A stretch of 17,366 bases of DNA from Campylobacterota bacterium (GTDB lineage: Bacteria > Campylobacterota > Campylobacteria > Campylobacterales > Sulfurovaceae), in NCBI GenBank assembly GCA_034722955.1, contig JAYEOM010000018.1, positions 1-17,366 of the forward strand. The letters are read 5' to 3'. Below the pieces are notes generated by a model. It was not told where the DNA came from. It ran no database searches and worked only from the letters and a program-made list of their open reading frames with translations. Both the position numbers and the translations under genes were made by a program. Below, piece by piece: positions 8,613 to 15,976 of this stretch (positions are counted from its first letter, which is position 1; every line of letters begins with the position of its first letter).

Positions 8613-8690
8613 TAGATACCTCGATTTTTATAGAGTATTTTAGAAAAAAGAACAAAGAAAATGCAAAACTTTATACTTTACAAAATTTAG
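8591..8690 (+). pseudogene. 3'-truncated VapC/PIN toxin remnant
   Basis: The PIN N-terminus RVLIDTSIFIEYFRK is clear, but similarity fades after about 30 codons and the later acidic PIN motifs are not visible. The right boundary is approximate. Confidence 0.7.
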
Positions 8691-8755
8691 AGGCTTTACA
8701 CTGCATTGAACCATTCATCAAACTCCATAATAGCGTAAATAGATTTAAATTTGAG

Positions 8756-8779
8756 TATAATATTAGCCAAACAAGGAAG
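8756..8779 (+). promoter_or_regulatory. -10 box and RBS of the phospholipase D gene
   Basis: TATAAT at 8756-8761, AAGGAAG at 8773-8779, ATG at 8786. Confidence 0.55.
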
Positions 8780-8785
8780 TGTAAA

Positions 8786-10394
8786 ATGCATCACAAGATA
8801 GAGTTATCCTATTTTTTTCATATACTGGTACTAGGTATTATCATCCTTCTCTTTTCAGCCTGTACCCATACTGTGCCTGCTCCAGATATCGCCAAACAAA
8901 AGAGCTTTACCAAGCTTCCCAAAGCTAAAGCACCGCTCCTTGACTACCTGAACAATATAGATCAAAAACTTGGTGACAATTCTGCTTTTCACTCTCTTTC
9001 AGAGCCTAGAGATGCATTTGCCGCGAGGATCTTTTTGGTCGATCAAGCCAAAACCAGTCTGGATGTACAGTACTATATATGAAAATGACCGTACCGGAAA
9101 ATTTTTTGCTTATCATCTCTTGAGGGCAGCCCAAAGGGGAGTAAAAGTCCGTATTTTGATCGATGACTTAAGTACATCAGACAAAGATATTGAGTGGAAG
9201 ATGATGGCAGCACATCCCAATGTTGAGCTGCGTCTCTTCAACCCAAATCGCCTAAGAAGTTCTATGCGAAACTTGGCACTGCTGTTTGATGTAAACCGTC
9301 TTGGCAAACGAATGCACAATAAAGCACTGATCGCTGATGGTGCTGCTGCGATCATAGGAGGGAGAAATATCGGTGATGTCTATTATGCTGTTGACAAAGA
9401 TAGACTATTTTTTGACTATGACATCCTCTCCACTGGAAAAGTAGTAAAAGATATCTATCGATCTTTTGATCTCTACTGGAACAGCAAGGAGGCAGTACCC
9501 TCTTATGAGATACTAGAGGGACAGTTTAGTACTGCTGAGTATCGAAAGGCAACACAAAAACTTAAAAAGAGTGCATATGAGTTCCGGCAGAGCAGTATAG
9601 GAGAAGCTATGTTGCGTTCTGATTTTGCAAAAGATATATTTCGGGGAAAGGTAGATATGACTGTGGCGAAACGGGCTGATTTTTACTACGACTATCCTGA
9701 AAAAGTCAATAGTGATGAAGATGACGATCGAACCCATATCTCAGTACAGATAAGTAGTAACTTCGAACATGCCACAAACGATCTGATCATCATCTCTCCC
9801 TATTTTATCCCTAGCAGAGAGATGATGAAGAGACTTAAAGGATTGCGAGAGAGAGATGTAGAGGTCACTGTCATCACCAACTCATTGGCATCGACAGATG
9901 TCTTTGCTGTCTATAGCGGATATCGGTGGTATATCAAAGATCTAGTTGGAATGGGGGTCAAACTCTATGAGTTGAAGCCAAAAAGTTTCAAGAAGCTAAT
10001 CAGATCAAAGAGATGGCTAAAGAGTCGTAATACCTCTCTGCATACCAAGATGATGATCATCGATGAGGATCGTCTTGTGGTAGGCTCAGCCAATATCGAC
10101 CCTAGATCGGACAAGCTCAATACAGAGCTGATGATGATTATCAGCTCTAAGAAACTCACAAAAGCACAGCGATCAAAATTGACAAATATTTTGACAGAGG
10201 AGAATCTATATCGTGTCACTTGGGAAAAACACCCTCTAGATCCAGAGGACGATGGTGTCCCAATCTATGGACCAGTTTGGCACTCTACCAAAGATGGTGT
10301 GGAAAAAGTCTACTATTCACCGCCTCATGCAGGCTACTGGAGAAGATTGGGGACGGATATTCTCTCGTATTTACCGATAGAGGGATATCTATGA
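8786..10394 (+). pseudogene. clsC: ClsC/YmdC-like phospholipase D family lipoprotein, split by a frameshift at about 9074-9080
   Basis: ATG 8786 gives a lipoprotein signal (LFSAC) and DAFAARI.L...A..SLDVQYYI*. The next frame resumes YENDRTG...RGVKVRILIDD with two HKD motifs (RMHNKALIAD, SLHTKMMIID). Adding 2 nt to TATATAT restores one ORF. Confidence 0.85.
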
Positions 10395-10507
10395 TATTAT
10401 GATCTAGATTGGGCTCCTCTCACAACTCCCCTCCACCAATGAAGAGGATAAGGCTACACCACGGAAATAAACAACCAAATAGAAGCCAAAACAGTATTAA
10501 TAGTTTA

Positions 10508-10975
10508 TTAGTTATCCTCTATCGATACTGGCTTAAAATATATTCTCAATGTATCTTCTGAGATAAAAATCTTATCACTATCGCTTCTGAACTCAACAAG
10601 TACATAATCTTTTTTTAAGCCATCAAAACCACGATGATAAATCGTAAGCACCTCAGCATGGTCAGAGTAGTTGGCACAATCTTCTACTTTTATATAATAG
10701 TCACGCCCAAGACCAAGAAGCTTGTAAAAGTCTCTATTCTCTAAAGTATGAATCTTTTTATTTTTAAATTTATATCGTTTCTTCTGCTTTTTTCGTCTCT
10801 TTGCATCGAGCTCTTCTAATATCTTTTGCTTTTTTTCCGGATCATATTTGGAACCCCTCATTGTTTGAAGCTCTTTTTGGCGTTGACGCTCCAATCTCTC
10901 TTGACTCAACTTCTTTAAAATCATCTTTTTCTCTTCGGGAGAATAGTCATTTTCTATCTTTATCGTCTCTATCAT
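10508..10975 (-). CDS. Hypothetical basic protein with an internal N-terminal repeat
   Basis: 155-aa ORF with a GAGGAG RBS and a minus-strand TGCTATTAT (11001-11009) upstream. No family recognised. Confidence 0.75.
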   Translation of the reverse strand: MIETIKIENDYSPEEKKMILKKLSQERLERQRQKELQTMRGSKYDPEKKQKILEELDAKRRKKQKKRYKFKNKKIHTLENRDFYKLLGLGRDYYIKVEDCANYSDHAEVLTIYHRGFDGLKKDYVLVEFRSDSDKIFISEDTLRIYFKPVSIEDN

Positions 10976-11029
10976 CTCATTAGCTCCTCTCTTTTTTCTA
11001 ATAATAGCATAAAACTACAAATTGTCAAA

Positions 11030-11980
11030 TTATGCAAGCAGTTTCAGCATCATTGGTGCAGTCAAAATACTGGCAAAGAGTGTCACAAATACCAGCTTGG
11101 CAGCCAACTTGGCATCACATCCATATCGGTTTGCCAAAACTACGCTGAGCATAGCTGAAGGCATAGCCGATTCAAGTATGAGTACCTGTAGTTGCCATAT
11201 CTCCAGATCCATAAACCCGGCAGGTATCCAAACCAATATTGGAGATAGGATCAGTTTGAGTATTATCGTAGCTACTATAATATAAATAATATCTCTCAAT
11301 GAACTAAAATTTAGCATAACTCCAACAGTCAAAGCGACAATAAAAGTATTTGATTTTGCGATGATATGGATCATATCAAAGAGAGGCTCTATCACTATAC
11401 CCTGTGTCGGCAGAGAGAGAGTAGACCACAAGATACCTAAAACTATGGACAAAAAGATAGGTGAACGAAAAAATGGCAATATACCCTCAAGCAGTGTGAT
11501 CTCCTCTCTATCTGTACTGCCATAGTAGATAGCTATCATCACCCCGATCGTAAAGATAGGCAAGCCTACCCCAAGCTCTGAGACAAAAGCAGCCTCTACA
11601 AGTACAGCACTATTGCCAGGGAAGAGCTCTGCGATCAGTGCATACCCCAACAGTGCAGAACTCCCAAATGTAGAGACTATCAAAAAAGTACCCATCTGTT
11701 CACTCTTGAGCTTCAAAAATCTACCAACACCCCAAGAGGTCAGCAGTAAAATCATCTCCGCACCAAACATAATCAAAAAAAGCAGGAGATAGTGCCACTC
11801 CATAGCAGAGTGAGCCAAGGCAGTAAAGAGAAGTGCAGGAAGTGTGACCTGCATCACAAGCCAAGAGAAGAGAGCACCACTCTCCTGCTTGAGATGCCCT
11901 CTATGACGCAAATATGCAACAAAAAGTATCAACAGTACCAAGACCAGTATAGAGGTTAGAGTATGGATATATATCTGCAC
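11030..11980 (-). CDS. AEC (auxin efflux carrier / Mem_trans) family transporter
   Basis: About 10 hydrophobic segments, VTLPALLF, LKLILSP and AMPSA......A.RYG. The GTG start overlaps the helicase stop codon. Confidence 0.88.
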   Translation of the reverse strand: MQIYIHTLTSILVLVLLILFVAYLRHRGHLKQESGALFSWLVMQVTLPALLFTALAHSAMEWHYLLLFLIMFGAEMILLLTSWGVGRFLKLKSEQMGTFLIVSTFGSSALLGYALIAELFPGNSAVLVEAAFVSELGVGLPIFTIGVMIAIYYGSTDREEITLLEGILPFFRSPIFLSIVLGILWSTLSLPTQGIVIEPLFDMIHIIAKSNTFIVALTVGVMLNFSSLRDIIYIIVATIILKLILSPILVWIPAGFMDLEIWQLQVLILESAMPSAMLSVVLANRYGCDAKLAAKLVFVTLFASILTAPMMLKLLA

Positions 11981-13326
11981 TATCTCCTACCGCCTCTGCC
12001 TGATCCTTTATCACTTTTAGCTATAGGCTTTGAGTTGGATTGATATCCATCTCTTTTGGTTGTTTTTCGTTTTTTTGTTACTGTAGCTGTTTTTTTCTTC
12101 CCAAAAGCTCCGGCTGTTTTTGGTTTTTTTGCATTAGGATTTTTTCTGGCTCCTCTGCGTTCTGCCTGAACTGGGGGTGCATATCCGGGTATCACCTCTA
12201 TGGGTATAGATCGACCCATCATCCGCTCTACCGATCTGAGTGCAACCGATTCGTCTGCTGAACTCAGAGTGATAGCCAACCCCTCTCTGCCTGCTCTGCC
12301 TGTTCGTCCGATACGGTGGATAAAATCTTGTGTAACATGAGGGATATCATAGTTGATCACTACATCTAACTCTTTGATATCCAACCCTCTAGCAGCTATG
12401 TCTGTAGCCACTAGAACACGGATCTTTCTCTCTTTGAAGTCACTCAATGCACGGCTTCTGTTGCCTGATGTTTTATCTCCATGTATCACTGCTGTCTTGA
12501 GACCTGATGCTATAAGCTCAGCAGTGACTTCATCTGCTTGGGCTTTTTTTCTCACAAAGACCAGTACCTGCGGATAGTTTTGTGAACCGATGAGATATGA
12601 GAGCAGCTCTAGCTTCCTCTCCATCTCTACAGGATGCAAAATCTGTCTGACTAGAGCAGCACTACTCCCCATCGTCGCTATCTCGATCTCTATAGGTCTA
12701 TGGAGCAGTTCCAGACTTAGTGTTTTTACTGCATGCGGCAGTGTAGCGGAGATGAGTATATTTTGTCGTTTTGATTTGAGTGAATATATTATCCTAGATA
12801 CCTCTCTCAGAAAACCCATATCCAATATAGTGTCAGCCTCATCCAATATGAAGTAGTCCACACTCTTCAAGTCAAGATTGTTCTCTCCTAGATGCTCTAG
12901 TACACGCCCCGGTGTACCTACCACTATATCTACCCCCTCTGCCAATCGCCTCGCTTGGGCTGCGATAGGTGCACCACCGTATATGGCAGTACTCTTTAGA
13001 GATAGATATCTACTATACGCTTCTGTATGCTCTGCGACCTGTTTTGCCAACTCTCTAGTCGGTACCAATATCAATGCCCTGACCGCTATAGAAGTACTCT
13101 CATCTCGGTTTGGTTGTTGCTCTTTTTTTTGCATTATCATCTGCATCACAGGCAATACAAACCCAGCTGTCTTTCCAGTACCTGTCTGAGCACTTGCCAA
13201 GAGATCTCTACCTCCCATAATCGTTGGTATCAACTCTTTTTGTATAGGTGTAGGTGCTTGGTAGCCTCTCTCTTCTAGTGCTTTGAGAATAGCCGATGAG
13301 AGCTTCAGAGAAGAGAATGGCATCAC
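11980..13326 (-). CDS. DEAD-box RNA helicase (RhlE-like)
   Basis: Q motif GYQAPTPIQ, AQTGTGKT, PTRELA, TPGR, DEAD, SAT, ARGLD, HRIGRTGRAG and a basic tail. The start is GTG 13326 or ATG 13323. Confidence 0.95.
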   Translation of the reverse strand: MMPFSSLKLSSAILKALEERGYQAPTPIQKELIPTIMGGRDLLASAQTGTGKTAGFVLPVMQMIMQKKEQQPNRDESTSIAVRALILVPTRELAKQVAEHTEAYSRYLSLKSTAIYGGAPIAAQARRLAEGVDIVVGTPGRVLEHLGENNLDLKSVDYFILDEADTILDMGFLREVSRIIYSLKSKRQNILISATLPHAVKTLSLELLHRPIEIEIATMGSSAALVRQILHPVEMERKLELLSYLIGSQNYPQVLVFVRKKAQADEVTAELIASGLKTAVIHGDKTSGNRSRALSDFKERKIRVLVATDIAARGLDIKELDVVINYDIPHVTQDFIHRIGRTGRAGREGLAITLSSADESVALRSVERMMGRSIPIEVIPGYAPPVQAERRGARKNPNAKKPKTAGAFGKKKTATVTKKRKTTKRDGYQSNSKPIAKSDKGSGRGGRR

Positions 13327-13850
13327 TAAAAAGTCTTTTCTAATTTAACTGTACCATCTTTATGGTACTCTTTTCCCATACCTTTTGGTTTGGTATGAAC
13401 ATATGGTACTTCTGATTGCAGTTCACCTGTAGGATAGTAAGTCTTTACTATACCCTCAATACTCCCTTGAACATAGGGTGACTCAGACTGTACCGTGCCG
13501 TCTTTGTAGTAATATATCATCATACCCTCTGGCTGACCCTCAACCCAAGAGGTTTCACTCTTCAACTCCCCACTCTTGTAGTATGACTTGACTTTACCAT
13601 CTATATTTCCATTTTTGTATGGTGTTGACTGCATGAGCATGCCATCTTCTCTATACATATTTTTATCACCATGCCGCACACCATCTATGCGAGGTGACTC
13701 TACCATGATTTTGCCATTAGGATGGTATGATTTTTTGACTATCACCTCTCCAGTTCCAACACTGCTACTGCTATCTCCACTCGTGCAACCCAAAAGGAGA
13801 ACACTCAAAAGCCCAGCCCCCAAGACTAACCTGATCCTTCTATATATCAT
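13326..13850 (-). CDS. MORN-variant repeat (YwqK-like) lipoprotein
   Basis: Lipobox LLGC, Ser-rich linker, and about 24-aa repeats of the form YY.SG.L.SE.PY..G..EG. Confidence 0.85.
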   Translation of the reverse strand: MIYRRIRLVLGAGLLSVLLLGCTSGDSSSSVGTGEVIVKKSYHPNGKIMVESPRIDGVRHGDKNMYREDGMLMQSTPYKNGNIDGKVKSYYKSGELKSETSWVEGQPEGMMIYYYKDGTVQSESPYVQGSIEGIVKTYYPTGELQSEVPYVHTKPKGMGKEYHKDGTVKLEKTF

Positions 13851-14033
13851 CGGTAAAATCCTTTTTATATAAATTAGAAATATAGTATCGAAAGTTTATT
13901 AACAACAAGGTTGACGGAATTTTATATTAAAAACTATCAATAAATTATATATTAGCGTATCCTTAAACCGTTACGATATCATATCGAGTATAAAATAGGT
14001 AAAAAAGGATAGAAGTCAAATATCATCAGAACA

Positions 14034-14216
14034 CCAACCAAGATCAATATCGCTTCATTTGGAAACTATATGCCACATGTGCATTGGCATATTATGGCTC
14101 GTTTTGCAGAAGATAGCTATTTCCCTGAACCGATGTGGGGAGAGAAGCAGAGAGAAGCAAATCTCACACTCCCCTCTATGGAGACCTTTCTTGAGCAAAT
14201 AAGAGAGATAGATTAG
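14034..14216 (+). pseudogene. 5'-truncated HIT family protein; not in the ORF track
   Basis: Translates as PTKINIASFGNYMPHVHWHIMARFAEDSYFPEPMWGEKQRE...ID* with the histidine triad HVHWH. There is an in-frame TAG at 14010-14012 and no start codon between it and the homologous part. Confidence 0.85.
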
Positions 14217-14288
14217 ACAGATCTATAGATCTAGCTTCTTCCGATTTCACCCCAACCTTATCAAAGTCAAAACAAGCTAAAATAAAGC

Positions 14289-14314
14289 TATAATTAAGTA
14301 TTAATATATAGGAG
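14289..14314 (+). promoter_or_regulatory. -10 box and RBS of the corrinoid operon
   Basis: TATAAT at 14289-14294, AGGAG at 14310-14314, ATG at 14325. Confidence 0.6.
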
Positions 14315-14324
14315 ATTTTGCGTA

Positions 14325-14957
14325 ATGGATACTTTGATTCAAGAGTTTGAAGATGCTCTGCTCTCTCTAGATAGGATAAAAATTAGAGAAATTTTATCCT
14401 CCAGGTCTGATAGTGGTGGTGCTATACCACTGCTGGAAGATGTTGTCATACCGGCTATGGATAGCATAGGTCAGAGGTGGGAAGATGGTGGCGTAGCACT
14501 CTCTCAGGTATATATGGGTGGTAAGATCCTCGAAGAGATTGTTGATGAGTTGATACCAAAAAAAAGTATCAAAAGAGTAGATCAACCCAATATCGCCATA
14601 CTTGTTTACAAAGATTACCATCTTTTAGGAAAGCGTATAGTATATACATTTTTAAAATCCAATGGTTATGATGTGATTGATTATGGTCTGCAGCATAGTA
14701 TAGAATCGATAATTAAAAAGATAAAACAAGACAAGATACAGATCCTTCTCATCTCAGTGCTAATGTTAAACTCTGCGATAAATACAAAAGAGCTTATCTC
14801 AAAGATAAAAGATGAAAAGTTAAATACCAAGGTTGTAGTTGGCGGTGCACCGTTTAGGTTTGATGCAGATCTGTATAGAGAAGTGGGTGCTGATGCGTAT
14901 GCAACCAATGCTTTTCAAGCGGTAGATATCATAGAAAAACTCAAAGGATTGTTATGA
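14325..14957 (+). CDS. Corrinoid (cobalamin-binding) protein, MtaC/MtbC-like
   Basis: Helical cap domain (V.PAM..IG.RWE.G) followed by a B12-binding domain with DxHxxG (DYHLLG), G..V.D.G, SxL (SVL), VGGAP and GADAYA.NA. Confidence 0.92.
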   Translation: MDTLIQEFEDALLSLDRIKIREILSSRSDSGGAIPLLEDVVIPAMDSIGQRWEDGGVALSQVYMGGKILEEIVDELIPKKSIKRVDQPNIAILVYKDYHLLGKRIVYTFLKSNGYDVIDYGLQHSIESIIKKIKQDKIQILLISVLMLNSAINTKELISKIKDEKLNTKVVVGGAPFRFDADLYREVGADAYATNAFQAVDIIEKLKGLL

Positions 14958-15976
14958 CATCGATGCAGAGAGTATTGACAGCTATAGGTCAAGAGGAAGC
15001 TGATAGAGTTCCATATTTTTTACTGTTGTCTATGCATGGAGCAAAAGAGTTAAATCTCTCTATTGAGGAGTATTTCTCAAGTGCCAAAAATGTTTTTGAG
15101 GGGCAGTTGAAGCTTCGCGAAAAATATGGACATGATTGCTACTACTCTCTCTTTTATGCTCCCATAGATACTGAAGCATTTGGTGCTGATGTTATCTATA
15201 GTGAAGATGGTCCGCCAAATGCCGGAGAGCCTTTTCTCAAAAAAGAGATGATCGATTCACTAAGAGCTCCAACCGTAGGTGAATCTAAAGTATTAAAAAA
15301 AGTTTTAGATGCTACATCCATGCTAAAAGAGGTAGCCAAAGATGAGGTACCTATCATCGGTGTAGTTGTGTCACCATTTTCACTGCCGGTTATGCAGATG
15401 GGATTTAGCAGTTATCTGGACCTTATCTATGATGATAGGAAACTATTTGAAAAGCTTATGAGGGTCAATATAGGATTTTGTATCAATTGGGCAAATGCAC
15501 AGCTCGAAGCTGGTGCTACTGCTATCACATACTTTGATCCGATATCCTCCACAACTATTATTCCGCGTGAACTCTATCTGGAGACTGGATTTAAAGTCGC
15601 AAAAGAGACAATTTCACAGATCAATGGACCAACAGCAACTCATTTTGCCTCAGGAGATTGTCTGCCGATCATGAAAGATATCATAGAGACTGGTACAGCT
15701 GTTGTTGGTGTTAGCATATTTGAGGATTTGAGAGATTTGAAGAGTGCAGCAGATAAGAGATTGACACTTTTGGGAAATTTAAATGCTATAGAGATGAGAC
15801 ACTGGAGTGTTGAACAGACAAAACAGTATGTAAAAGAGGCTATCGATAGTGCTGCAAAAGGTGGAGGATTTATCTTGGCAGATAATCACGGTGAAATTCC
15901 ATGGGATATCAAAGAGGAGACTCTACTTGCAATAAGAGAGGCGGTTTATGAGTATGGAAAATATCCGATCAAATAG
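14954..15976 (+). CDS. URO-D superfamily protein, MtaA/CmuA (MT2)-like
   Basis: MT..QRVL.A.....DRVP N-terminus, EAFGA, SPFSL, Q.EAGA.....DP, L.GNL and GGFIL....EIP. ATGA-coupled to the corrinoid gene. Lacks the HemE RQAGR motif. Confidence 0.88.
   Translation: MTSMQRVLTAIGQEEADRVPYFLLLSMHGAKELNLSIEEYFSSAKNVFEGQLKLREKYGHDCYYSLFYAPIDTEAFGADVIYSEDGPPNAGEPFLKKEMIDSLRAPTVGESKVLKKVLDATSMLKEVAKDEVPIIGVVVSPFSLPVMQMGFSSYLDLIYDDRKLFEKLMRVNIGFCINWANAQLEAGATAITYFDPISSTTIIPRELYLETGFKVAKETISQINGPTATHFASGDCLPIMKDIIETGTAVVGVSIFEDLRDLKSAADKRLTLLGNLNAIEMRHWSVEQTKQYVKEAIDSAAKGGGFILADNHGEIPWDIKEETLLAIREAVYEYGKYPIK

Noticed and set aside
8970..9070. N-terminus of the 474-aa ORF (MVTILLF...)
   Set aside because: This is out-of-frame sequence before the frameshift. 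PLD homology in this stretch lies in the other frame.
8591..9082. 163-aa ORF as a real PIN-PLD fusion
   Set aside because: It contains an internal promoter, RBS and lipoprotein signal at 8786. It is better explained as a vapC stump plus the first part of the frameshifted PLD gene.
13326..13850. YwqK antitoxin of a toxin-antitoxin pair
   Set aside because: It is a lipoprotein with generic MORN-type repeats and no adjacent toxin gene.
13860..14324. Cobalamin riboswitch upstream of the corrinoid operon
   Set aside because: No B12-box or conserved riboswitch core recognised. The GC-richer part is the HIT remnant, and the predicted leader is too short.
14954..15976. Annotation as hemE
   Set aside because: It lacks the RQAGR motif, has an MtaA-like N-terminus, and is coupled to a corrinoid protein.
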